Shown here in pieces: positions 1-7,062 of a stretch of DNA of 20,000 nucleotides. The notes under the pieces were generated by a model. The model was not told the DNA's origin. It ran no database searches and saw only the letters and a list, made by a program, of their open reading frames with translations. The stretch comes from an uncultured virus (IMG/VR IMGVR_UViG_3300009499_000096) (Duplodnaviria; Heunggongvirae; Uroviricota; Caudoviricetes), in the IMG/VR virus record IMGVR_UViG_3300009499_000096. The stretch is one strand, 5' to 3'. A program made the translations under genes and the position numbers. Every line of letters begins with the position of its first letter. Position 1 is the stretch's first letter.

Positions 1-1
1 C

Positions 2-427
2 ATCTTAACTACTCCTAATAAGAATTTGATCTCCAGCAAAGTTTTAGCTGCTCTTCCCTCAATGTATGTCTGCAAAGTAGTTCGGAACAGGGCTTATGGG
101 AGAGACAGCTACAAGTTCAGACCTAGAATAGCTAAGGTTTATGAGAAATGGGATTACCCAGATGGTAAGAAAGGTGGAGTTAAAACCAGATGGAAAGACA
201 ACTTCAACTGTATTCTTGACGATAGTTTCTATGAATGGTATAAGCCTAAGTCTGAGCACTACATGGATATTGGCTTGGAGATTCTGAGAAGAGAAGTGAA
301 CAAGATTACTAAGAAGATGGATCGTAAAGATGAAGAGGAGAAAATGGAGAAAGTGTTTCAAGTCACTGGGAATCCAGAGAAACTTAATGAGCTGGATGAA
401 GTTATTAAAAACTTGGAAACTGTGTGA
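2..427 (+). CDS. C-terminal part of a gene truncated by the window edge; possibly a P-loop (A32/Zot/FtsK-HerA-like) genome-extrusion ATPase
   Basis: The frame is open from base 2 (ILTTPNKNLISSKVLAALPSMYVCKV...). The segment 'ILTTP...IS.KV..L' resembles the strand-4/post-sensor region of viral packaging ATPases, but Walker A/B are not in the window and the Arg finger is not evident. Confidence 0.35.
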   Translation: MLTTPNKNLISSKVLAALPSMYVCKVVRNRAYGRDSYKFRPRIAKVYEKWDYPDGKKGGVKTRWKDNFNCILDDSFYEWYKPKSEHYMDIGLEILRREVNKITKKMDRKDEEEKMEKVFQVTGNPEKLNELDEVIKNLETV

Positions 428-535
428 TTGCCTAAGAGAATCTTGATCAAGGAATACAAGAGAAAGAAGAAAGGTGGAAAACGTAAAACCAGAATAGTTC
501 GGGAGCATAGAAGAAGGAGACCAAGATCAAGATAA
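428..535 (+). CDS. 35-aa Arg/Lys-rich peptide (MPKRILIKEYKRKKKGGKRKTRIVREHRRRRPRSR), putative nucleic-acid-binding protein
   Basis: Translated by hand. The TTG start abuts the upstream TGA. It has an IxxYxR...G...VxxHxR hairpin pattern typical of small viral DNA-binding peptides. Confidence 0.6.
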   Translation: MPKRILIKEYKRKKKGGKRKTRIVREHRRRRPRSR

Positions 536-611
536 TGGTTCATACGGTTTGATTTCACAGTAATCCTTCATGAAAACATCACTTTCTACCAGATTTACCC
601 TACCCTAACCT

Positions 612-635
612 GTAACTTTTTCAAGTTTTTCCTAT
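612..635 (+). terminator. Possible oligo-T archaeal terminator between convergent genes
   Basis: Two T5 runs (aactttttcaagtttttcc) lie in the gap between + ORF 428-535 and - ORF 655-1101. Confidence 0.3.
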
Positions 636-654
636 AAGGCTCTGCTCTGACCAA

Positions 655-1101
655 CTACGTTTTTCCTTGAAGCTTATCTCTAGCTTTCATGTGTTCTTGC
701 CAGCCAGCAGCGAACCCTTCATCAGCAAAATCTACAGCTTCCATGTAGCCTCTTTCCTGAAGAGTAGTGCTGAGATCAGTTATGAGCTTGTGTAATTTCA
801 GTTCTGAATAAGCCCTCAAGATTTTCTGTTTATAACGTCTCCTTTGAAAAGCATCTGGAATATCTGCAATCTGCTTCATTCCACCTGAAGTAATCATGTT
901 AAGGCTGTGCAATATCTCATCTGCTGTCTTTGTGAAATCCTCTTTGATGCCTTTAGGTAAATATGCGATCAATGTGGCTGCAAGCTTCAAAGCTATTTCA
1001 CTATTGCCGTCTGTCTGAGCTTTCCTGATTAAGCCTATGTTAGACCATAGAAACGCAAGGTAGTTGAAACTAACTCCCTTTACTTTCCTGACTTCAGACA
1101 A
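655..1101 (-). CDS. Hypothetical alpha-helical protein, 148 aa
   Basis: Clean ORF overlapping the upstream ORF 1094-1468 by 8 nt; no competing + strand ORF. Confidence 0.75.
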   Translation of the reverse strand: MSEVRKVKGVSFNYLAFLWSNIGLIRKAQTDGNSEIALKLAATLIAYLPKGIKEDFTKTADEILHSLNMITSGGMKQIADIPDAFQRRRYKQKILRAYSELKLHKLITDLSTTLQERGYMEAVDFADEGFAAGWQEHMKARDKLQGKT

Positions 1102-1468
1102 CTATGATTCCATCTTCCAAACCCTTAAGTTCATTTAACATAGCTGTTTTACTCTGGTCTGGCTCTAACAGGAGACCTTTATGCCAGTCAGCACTTAGAT
1201 TAAAAAACTCTTGATCCACCTGTTTCTCAGGGTTCACCAGTTTAGCTACAATGGTGTGGTCTTGGTGTTCAATCCAGTGTCGTGCTGTTGCAATATACCA
1301 TTTCTGGGTTCTTGGGTTCCAACTGGATTTTTTTGATCCAAATAGTAGCTGGTTCATGACTTCTAATGGCTGGTTGAAAAACTCCAGATTACAGGTTTCG
1401 CATTGAACTATGTAGTCTGTTTTCTGATGCCACTTTGCAAGTTCCTGTTTAGTTGGAAGGAAACTCAC
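1094..1468 (-). CDS. Hypothetical protein with possible Zn finger, 124 aa
   Basis: CxxC (CETC) plus downstream HWIEHQDH. GTG start with a TATA-like element about 40 nt upstream. Confidence 0.7.
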   Translation of the reverse strand: MSFLPTKQELAKWHQKTDYIVQCETCNLEFFNQPLEVMNQLLFGSKKSSWNPRTQKWYIATARHWIEHQDHTIVAKLVNPEKQVDQEFFNLSADWHKGLLLEPDQSKTAMLNELKGLEDGIIVV

Positions 1469-1490
1469 GTAACCAAGACCACACTTTAGT

Positions 1491-1520
1491 AAATTCCATG
1501 GAAAGTGTTATAAAGTTTGT
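1491..1520. promoter_or_regulatory. Divergent archaeal promoter with palindromic operator-like motif
   Basis: Perfect palindrome TTCCATGGAA (1494-1503) next to a TATA-like TTATAAAG (1508-1515; reads CTTTATAA on the - strand), with BRE-like A-rich flanks. It lies between divergent genes. Confidence 0.6.
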
Positions 1521-1562
1521 TGCTGTTAGAATTTTCTAACAAGTTATTTTGGTTGAATTGGT

Positions 1563-1754
1563 ATGGGCAAAACAACTCATTATGGGAAACCAAAAACATA
1601 TCCATTCTTCTTTAGAGCTGAGAGAGGCAAAGGAGACACATTCATCAGTGGAACCTTCAAGACAAAGAAAGCTTGTAGGGCTGCTTCTAAAACCTATCCA
1701 AGTGCAAAATCCAACTCAAACTATCGAATCAGAATCATAGATAGGAGAAAATAA
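1563..1754 (+). CDS. Small basic protein 1 (63 aa)
   Basis: MGK start; motif FKTKKAC; first gene of a tightly packed array. Confidence 0.8.
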   Translation: MGKTTHYGKPKTYPFFFRAERGKGDTFISGTFKTKKACRAASKTYPSAKSNSNYRIRIIDRRK

Positions 1755-1756
1755 CC

Positions 1757-1930
1757 ATGGGTAAGCAACCAAAACCAAGAAGCAAAAAATCATGGACTTT
1801 TGTGCATACAAACCAAGAAACCAGAGAGACCTACCGTTTTAGGAAGATGGCTAATGGAACTATCAAGACAGAGAAATTTCTAGGCTGGAGAACTCCAAAG
1901 GGGAAAATCATTCCACCAAGGGGAAAATGA
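1757..1930 (+). CDS. Small basic protein 2 (57 aa, MGKQPKPRSKKSWTFVH...PPRGK), absent from ORF track
   Basis: Translated by hand; fills the gap exactly, with TAA-CC-ATG and TGA-CC-ATG junctions. Confidence 0.8.
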   Translation: MGKQPKPRSKKSWTFVHTNQETRETYRFRKMANGTIKTEKFLGWRTPKGKIIPPRGK

Positions 1931-1932
1931 CC

Positions 1933-2169
1933 ATGGGGAAAAAAACATCAATAGGTAAAAGAACAATCCATGCTCTTATCTATGGAACAAACAAAACTAA
2001 GACATTCAAAAGTAAGGTCATTCGTGAACAAACTTTGGCAAAAGGGTATCCTGTCTACCACTTCACTACCCCTAGTGGTGAGCATAGAAATACCTCAAGA
2101 AAGGGCATCTATGGTGGTGTAGTTCTTACCAAATCAGAAGCAAGAACGAAAAGAAAGAGGAGAAAATAA
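1933..2169 (+). CDS. Small basic protein 3 (78 aa)
   Basis: Start moved to MGKK at 1933 to match the junction pattern; contains LTKSEA. Confidence 0.8.
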   Translation: MGKKTSIGKRTIHALIYGTNKTKTFKSKVIREQTLAKGYPVYHFTTPSGEHRNTSRKGIYGGVVLTKSEARTKRKRRK

Positions 2170-2171
2170 CA

Positions 2172-2381
2172 ATGGTTCAAAGAAGTTATAAACCAACAAA
2201 GGTGGATGGTAGAAAAGTAGTATTTGTTGTTCGTGATGGAAGAATATGGGCAAGAGTTCCTTCACTTTCAAAAAAGCAGTTCTTAGGAATGGGCTCTACC
2301 AAGACTGAAACGATTGCAGATGTCAGAAAAGCCATGAAACACATCAAAGTTACTGCAAAGGGAAAAAGAAGGAGACGATAG
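2172..2381 (+). CDS. Small basic protein 4 (69 aa), HicB N-terminal-like fold
   Basis: RDGRIWARVPSL...GMGSTKTETIADVRKAM matches the HicB pattern (DG.Y.A.VP.L...G.T..EA...R.A). Confidence 0.65.
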   Translation: MVQRSYKPTKVDGRKVVFVVRDGRIWARVPSLSKKQFLGMGSTKTETIADVRKAMKHIKVTAKGKRRRR

Positions 2382-2383
2382 AA

Positions 2384-2566
2384 ATGGGTAAGTTTAGACC
2401 TTCTGGAGCAACTTTACATAAAACCAAAATTAGAGCCCAGAAAGAAGCTAAGGCTCTAAGGAAGATAGGCTGGAGAGCAGAAGTTCAGCCTTCCACTAAG
2501 ACAACACAGAAAAGAAGTCCAACTCTAAAATGGGTTTGCCACATAGGGCAAAAAAAGAAAAGGTGA
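2384..2566 (+). CDS. Small basic protein 5 (60 aa), beta-alpha-beta-beta (SPOR-like) pattern
   Basis: HKTKIRAQKEAKALRKIGWRAEV...KWVCHIG. Confidence 0.75.
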   Translation: MGKFRPSGATLHKTKIRAQKEAKALRKIGWRAEVQPSTKTTQKRSPTLKWVCHIGQKKKR

Positions 2567-2571
2567 TTTTC

Positions 2572-2721
2572 TTGAGTAAACAATCTCCAGTTTATGATAA
2601 GAAACCATCTAGGAAACTTTTGGAGTCGGCTGCATCCACTCACAAAACATTGTTCCATGCTGTTGTGGAAGGCATGATTGAGAGGGAAGAGAAGAAGAGG
2701 AAGAAAAGGAGATTCTGGTAA
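2572..2721 (+). CDS. Small basic protein 6 (49 aa)
   Basis: TTG start at 2572, preceded by SD AGGTGA (2561-2566) overlapping the upstream stop. Confidence 0.65.
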   Translation: MSKQSPVYDKKPSRKLLESAASTHKTLFHAVVEGMIEREEKKRKKRRFW

Positions 2722-2723
2722 AA

Positions 2724-2924
2724 ATGCCTTGTAGAACTAAGAGAAAAAAGAAGAATCTACTCCAAAAACATCTCTCAGAGAAAGTAATGTTTGGTGGAAT
2801 TTTGGTTACTAGAGGAAAAATGGTTGCTGAGTTGCAGAGGATAGCTAAGATACAATTTCCCAAGGATACACTTAGACAAACTAGGGTAGTTAATATTTAC
2901 CTTGCTGGGAAAGGGAGACGATAA
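2724..2924 (+). CDS. Small basic protein 7 (66 aa)
   Basis: TAA-AA-ATG junction; K/R-rich termini. Confidence 0.75.
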   Translation: MPCRTKRKKKNLLQKHLSEKVMFGGILVTRGKMVAELQRIAKIQFPKDTLRQTRVVNIYLAGKGRR

Positions 2925-2926
2925 TC

Positions 2927-3214
2927 ATGGGCAAGAAAATGAAATTAAGTCCAATTCAGCGAAAAGTGCTCACTAAAATCAAGAAGAGACAAATCAAGAA
3001 CATAGAGAGACCAATAAGGATTGGTGGAAAACAAGCTCTCTCTCCCAAAGGCAAACCATTGAAGGCATCATTCCTGAATATCCCTAACAAGGAAGCTACT
3101 ACATTCAGAACCTTGGAGAAGAAAGGGTTGATCTCAGCCTTTGGAAAAACTGAATACTACACAAATTTCAGACTCACTCAGAAAGGGAAAGCACAATTCA
3201 ACATGAGGAAATAA
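2927..3214 (+). CDS. Small basic protein 8 (95 aa), winged helix-turn-helix
   Basis: LSPIQRKVL...TFRTLEKKGLI...FRLTQKGK is the typical wHTH (MarR-like) signature. Confidence 0.75.
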   Translation: MGKKMKLSPIQRKVLTKIKKRQIKNIERPIRIGGKQALSPKGKPLKASFLNIPNKEATTFRTLEKKGLISAFGKTEYYTNFRLTQKGKAQFNMRK

Positions 3215-3216
3215 CC

Positions 3217-3375
3217 TTGCCTAAAAAACTCACTATATTTGAAAAACATCAATTGGCGATAGCTAAGAGGACATTGAAGATGCCTAATGTAATGGCTGCT
3301 GTGATGGGTGGCATGACTAAGGCTGAAGCCAAGCGTATTGTTAATAGGCTTGGTTCTAAAAGGAGAGGAAAATAA
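3217..3375 (+). CDS. Small basic protein 9 (52 aa, MPKKLTIFEKHQLAIAKRTL...KRRGK), absent from ORF track
   Basis: Translated by hand; TAA-CC-TTG start; ends in GK-TAA-CC-ATG; contains MTKAEA. Confidence 0.75.
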   Translation: MPKKLTIFEKHQLAIAKRTLKMPNVMAAVMGGMTKAEAKRIVNRLGSKRRGK

Positions 3376-3377
3376 CC

Positions 3378-3818
3378 ATGGGTAAGAAAATGAAGTTTGT
3401 CTTGATCAGGAGAACCAAGATAGGACAAACGACTCAGCGATTTACCACTAAGAAGAGAGCCAGTGACATAGCTCTGAAGTGGATTCGATACAGAGAAGGT
3501 ATTGAAGGTGGAGTTCTCAGCATGACTTCCACAGCTCAGGTGTTGCCTATCGGGGAGTTTAACCGACAGCAAAAAGCTCTCCTTGAGAGAGATAGACGCA
3601 TTGATGAGAGTAGAAGGCTGAGAATGAAGGCTGCAAGAACTGGCAAAGTGCAAGTTGGCAAAGGACTTGGTAATCTCCTCAAAGAGAAGAAGATGGCTTG
3701 TGGTTGCCCATCAGGAAAACACAAACCTTGGTGTCCATTCCACAAACCAAGCAAAGCTGAAAGAGAGAGAGTTCGTAAAGCAGAACAACATTGGGAAAGG
3801 AGTTTGGGAATACGATGA
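3378..3818 (+). CDS. Basic protein 10 (146 aa) with CxC-x4-H-x3-C Zn-binding motif
   Basis: MGKK start; FTTKKRA motif; CGCPSGKHKPWCPFH. Confidence 0.8.
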   Translation: MGKKMKFVLIRRTKIGQTTQRFTTKKRASDIALKWIRYREGIEGGVLSMTSTAQVLPIGEFNRQQKALLERDRRIDESRRLRMKAARTGKVQVGKGLGNLLKEKKMACGCPSGKHKPWCPFHKPSKAERERVRKAEQHWERSLGIR

Positions 3819-4075
3819 AGAAAAAGAGAGCTCCTAGAAAGAAGTGGCTTTCTCCCTCTATGAACCCAAGAAAACTGTTTGATGTAGAACTCTTGGATAC
3901 TAGACCATCACCAAGTAGAACAATCTTGAAAGTTACCAGAAGTGGAACACATCAGATGCAAGCAGTTAGAAAAGCTGCTAAAATTCTTCCACCTTCTATC
4001 AACTTACAGGAATGGAGAGATCCAAGGGAGAAGAAGTATTCAAGATATGTCTTTTTGACAGGAGAATTGAAGTAA
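3815..4075 (+). CDS. Small basic protein 11 (86 aa)
   Basis: Start placed at the ATGA overlap at 3815. Confidence 0.75.
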   Translation: MKKKRAPRKKWLSPSMNPRKLFDVELLDTRPSPSRTILKVTRSGTHQMQAVRKAAKILPPSINLQEWRDPREKKYSRYVFLTGELK

Positions 4076-4076
4076 G

Positions 4077-4277
4077 ATGCCAAGGGCTGTTAGTAGAAAA
4101 ACGAAAAAACCTCTTCTAGCTAAACGGAAGTCTCATGCACATGATTTGCTGCTTGAAATGAAAGAAGCTAATGAAAGAAGTGTCAAAAAAGGTGTTGCTA
4201 CGAAACTCTCATACAGAGTAGTTAAGCTCCAAAAAGGTTATGGAATTTACTACAAGAAAACTGGAAGATGGAGATAA
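4077..4277 (+). CDS. Small basic protein 12 (66 aa)
   Basis: KRKSHA helix plus YRVVKLQKGYGIY hairpin, resembling 6826-7059. Confidence 0.75.
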   Translation: MPRAVSRKTKKPLLAKRKSHAHDLLLEMKEANERSVKKGVATKLSYRVVKLQKGYGIYYKKTGRWR

Positions 4278-4282
4278 TCAAA

Positions 4283-4591
4283 ATGAAATTGAAAAACCAC
4301 AAGAGGGCTCAGAAACTTGTTGGAACAACCATTGAGTTTGTTCCATGGTATCAGACGTTCAGAAAAGACACTACAATGACTGGAAAATTAATGAGAATCA
4401 GAGGAGCTATGGGTAGTAAAAGAGGGAGACCAGCAAAATCAGCAGACAAGATGATGGTCATTAAACCTACTGGGAAAACTAAGAAATGGCTCAAGGATAT
4501 TGGGCTCATGAAACCAAAGCAGAAAACTATTGTTCGGCTTCTTACTGGGCATAAAGTCAGAAGCCAAACCAAACTGAAGAGGGGAAAATAA
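4283..4591 (+). CDS. Basic protein 13 (102 aa), possible small beta-barrel
   Basis: ATG at 4283 after a GGAG SD; AQKLVGTTIEF...MTGKLMRIRG. Confidence 0.75.
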   Translation: MKLKNHKRAQKLVGTTIEFVPWYQTFRKDTTMTGKLMRIRGAMGSKRGRPAKSADKMMVIKPTGKTKKWLKDIGLMKPKQKTIVRLLTGHKVRSQTKLKRGK

Positions 4592-4593
4592 CC

Positions 4594-4884
4594 ATGAAGG
4601 GAAATCATAAGAAAATAGCCAGTGAACGTGAAACTATCCGAAAAGGTATAAGCCAACTGCTCAAGGAGATTGGGATGTCTAGTGCCAGCAAAACAGTGTT
4701 ACAGGTCAAGAAACCAGAGGATTTGAGCACGTTCATCCGAACTGCTCAGGGAAGATTCAAGCAGATGGGAGCTGGAGCTCCACCTAAGATTCAGAAATCT
4801 GTATCAACTGCTGTTCAGATGCTGGCTCAGTTGGAGAAGAAATACAAAAAACCCTTGAAGTATGAGCTTACAAAAATCTGGTGA
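4594..4884 (+). CDS. Small basic helical protein 14 (96 aa)
   Basis: GGGGAAAA-TAA-CC-ATG junction. Confidence 0.8.
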   Translation: MKGNHKKIASERETIRKGISQLLKEIGMSSASKTVLQVKKPEDLSTFIRTAQGRFKQMGAGAPPKIQKSVSTAVQMLAQLEKKYKKPLKYELTKIW

Positions 4885-4889
4885 TTGAC

Positions 4890-5138
4890 ATGGCTAAGAA
4901 GAAAGACAAGAAGAAAGAGAAGAAGAAGAAAAAGGACAAGGGGAAAGATAAGAAGAAATCCTTGGTCTCAGTAGAAAAAACTACTGATTCTGGAAAATTG
5001 AAAAAGAGCAAGAAGAAAGGAAAGAAAAAAGGCAAGAAAAAAGGCAAGAAGAAATCTGGGCTCTCAGTAGCTGAAGCTATTGGTTTGGGAGAATTTAAAC
5101 TGAAACCTCCAAGTGAAGTATTGTTTGAAGAGGTATGA
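4890..5138 (+). CDS. Poly-lysine, histone H1/protamine-like low-complexity protein 15 (82 aa)
   Basis: SD GGTGA (4880-4884); MAKKKDKKKEKKKKK...(KKKG)3KKK. Confidence 0.8.
   Translation: MAKKKDKKKEKKKKKDKGKDKKKSLVSVEKTTDSGKLKKSKKKGKKKGKKKGKKKSGLSVAEAIGLGEFKLKPPSEVLFEEV
5010..5054 (+). repeat. 12-bp tandem repeat encoding KKKG x3.75
   Basis: aagaagaaagga aagaaaaaaggc aagaaaaaaggc aagaagaaa. Confidence 0.8.
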
Positions 5139-5141
5139 CAG

Positions 5142-5315
5142 ATGGCTAAGAAGAAACTGAGTGAAATGAGTTACAGTGAGATACTTCAGAGAAACATAGA
5201 TCGTCATAATCGGAAGAGAGCTAAAAGCTTGGCTATGTTCCAAGCTGAACAGAAGAGGCAAGGAAAGAAAGCTAATGAGCCCATAGACTTGATGAAAATG
5301 GTAATGGGTAGGTGA
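5142..5315 (+). CDS. Small basic protein 16 (57 aa, MAKKKLSEMSYSEILQRN...MVMGR), absent from ORF track
   Basis: Translated by hand; SD GAGG upstream; same first 15 nt as the 4890 ORF. Confidence 0.75.
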   Translation: MAKKKLSEMSYSEILQRNIDRHNRKRAKSLAMFQAEQKRQGKKANEPIDLMKMVMGR

Positions 5316-5321
5316 TTGTGA

Positions 5322-5477
5322 ATGGGAACACGTATTAGAAAGCATGGAGAAAAATCTTGGGAAGTTTATGGAACTGGATTTCCAGTGTTTATAGCACAAT
5401 CAAAGAAAAAAGCTGATTCTGTCGCTAAAAGACGAAGGACAATTCTCAAAAATCGTAGAAAGAAGAGGAGACGATAG
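5322..5477 (+). CDS. Small basic protein 17 (51 aa, MGTRIRKHGEKSWEVYG...KKRRR), absent from ORF track
   Basis: Translated by hand; SD AGGTGA; contains W-x-V...SKKKA motif. Confidence 0.75.
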   Translation: MGTRIRKHGEKSWEVYGTGFPVFIAQSKKKADSVAKRRRTILKNRRKKRRR

Positions 5478-5480
5478 AAG

Positions 5481-5888
5481 ATGAGTGCTGAACAGATTGG
5501 TGGAGTTGCTATGATGGGGATGGCTTTAGCTTCTCAAGCATTTGTGGTGGATATGGCAAGTAGTCTCATCACAGGGCAAACTAGGCTTACAACATTCAGC
5601 AGAAGGAGACCTAAAAGCAAGATTGCCAGAACTAAAGCTGGAAAACCATACTTCAGAATCATAGCTTATGAGAGTAGCCGACATGGATTAATAATTCCTA
5701 AAAGAAGAATTGCAAGGCTCCCAAAAACAGCTATCTCAGCTATGGGAACCTTCTTTGATCCCGACACACATCATACAATCGTGGAAAGGGCTGCTAGACT
5801 TCAAAAGGGTAAGAAGAGAAAGAGCCAAATCAAATCAGCCAGAGTTACCCTACCAGCAAGCACAGTTAGTAAAATGATATTTGGATAG
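5481..5888 (+). CDS. Basic protein 18 (135 aa) with hydrophobic G/A/M-rich N-terminus
   Basis: N-terminal IGGVAMMGMALASQAFVV followed by an R/K-rich domain. Confidence 0.8.
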   Translation: MSAEQIGGVAMMGMALASQAFVVDMASSLITGQTRLTTFSRRRPKSKIARTKAGKPYFRIIAYESSRHGLIIPKRRIARLPKTAISAMGTFFDPDTHHTIVERAARLQKGKKRKSQIKSARVTLPASTVSKMIFG

Positions 5889-5896
5889 GATGAAAA

Positions 5897-6124
5897 ATGA
5901 CAAGATACTACACAATCAGAGACAGATACACTAGCAAGGACTTGGTTCTCACCAAAGCTGAGGCTATGAGAGCTCATGAGAGAGCTAAAGCAATGAAGAA
6001 GAAAGTGGTTAAGAACTTGGAGAAAATAACATTCTCTAAAGTGAAGGGAGTCAGTGAAAGGTCTCTGTTTGAGCTGCAAGGAGTGTTACGTTATCAAAAA
6101 GGACTCAAGAAGGGGAGAAGCTGA
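5897..6124 (+). CDS. Small basic protein 19 (75 aa)
   Basis: YYTIRD...VLTKAEA. Confidence 0.8.
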   Translation: MTRYYTIRDRYTSKDLVLTKAEAMRAHERAKAMKKKVVKNLEKITFSKVKGVSERSLFELQGVLRYQKGLKKGRS

Positions 6125-6126
6125 CC

Positions 6127-6366
6127 ATGGGCTACGTGCTATATGTTCATAACAAGTTTGGCTCAGGTAAACGCAAAGGAAAACCGAAAGGATATGGACA
6201 ATGGCATCCATCAAAAGCCTCTGCTGAACGACATAGAAAGAATCAGAGAGATACCTACAAAGATAATCCCAAGGATTTGATGGGAACCAGAATCGTGAAA
6301 GTTAAAGCTAATCATTCAAGGTTATCCTCAAAACAAATCAGAAAAAAATCTTTGGAAAGTGAATGA
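6127..6366 (+). CDS. Small basic protein 20 (79 aa)
   Basis: TGA-CC-ATG junction; HPSKASAERH. Confidence 0.8.
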   Translation: MGYVLYVHNKFGSGKRKGKPKGYGQWHPSKASAERHRKNQRDTYKDNPKDLMGTRIVKVKANHSRLSSKQIRKKSLESE

Positions 6367-6368
6367 AA

Positions 6369-6620
6369 ATGGGTAAGAAACTTAAAGCTTTGAAACGTAA
6401 AATCAAAACTCTCAAGAAAGACGTGGAGAAGGACTATCGGAAAACGAAAAAGGAGCTCCAGAAGCAGAAGAAGAAGGCTGAGAAGAGATATGCTGGTGTC
6501 GGGAAGAAAGTTGCAAAGGTTCAGAAAACTGCTCAAGCATGGTCTCTTAAGGTTCCTACTACTGCTGAACTTATTGGATTGGATGAACTCACGAAAAAGA
6601 AGAAGAGGAGACGACACTAG
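6369..6620 (+). CDS. Small basic coiled-coil protein 21 (83 aa)
   Basis: MGKK start at 6369 (6363 also possible); Lys-rich heptads. Confidence 0.8.
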   Translation: MGKKLKALKRKIKTLKKDVEKDYRKTKKELQKQKKKAEKRYAGVGKKVAKVQKTAQAWSLKVPTTAELIGLDELTKKKKRRRH

Positions 6621-6622
6621 AA

Positions 6623-6823
6623 ATGTCTAAGAAATATGGCTACTTAGTAAGAGGAAAGAAGGTGAAACAGGGAAAATTCTGCAAGACTTTAGGTGAGGCT
6701 GGTAGAGAATTAGTTAGACAGTTACGTGCTGGTGTGGAAAATGTTAAGGTTTCACCAATTAAAAATAAGAAAATGGCTGACCAGTATTCAAAGAAAATCA
6801 TTAGAAAGAGGAAGGGGAAATAA
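6623..6823 (+). CDS. Small basic protein 22 (66 aa)
   Basis: FCKTLGEA...LRAGVENVKV. Confidence 0.8.
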   Translation: MSKKYGYLVRGKKVKQGKFCKTLGEAGRELVRQLRAGVENVKVSPIKNKKMADQYSKKIIRKRKGK

Positions 6824-6825
6824 CC

Positions 6826-7059
6826 ATGGTTAGAACTTTGAAGGAAACAAAATCAAGTTATGAAAGACCAAAAGGCTGGGGAATGTTCCATACACATTAC
6901 GGAAAGAAAACTCTTGCTGAACGTCATGCTAAAAGACTTGAGAGAACTGACCTCTTGACCACAGCTATAGTTAAAACTCCTAAAGGCTGGAATGTTCTTC
7001 ATAAATCCAATAAGAGAAGTCTGGAATTGGTCAGAAAACAAGTCGCAAAGAGGGGATAA
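6826..7059 (+). CDS. Small basic protein 23 (77 aa)
   Basis: GGGGAAA-TAA-CC-ATG junction; YGKKTLAERHAKRL...IVKTPKGWNVL. Confidence 0.8.
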   Translation: MVRTLKETKSSYERPKGWGMFHTHYGKKTLAERHAKRLERTDLLTTAIVKTPKGWNVLHKSNKRSLELVRKQVAKRG

Positions 7060-7062
7060 ATC

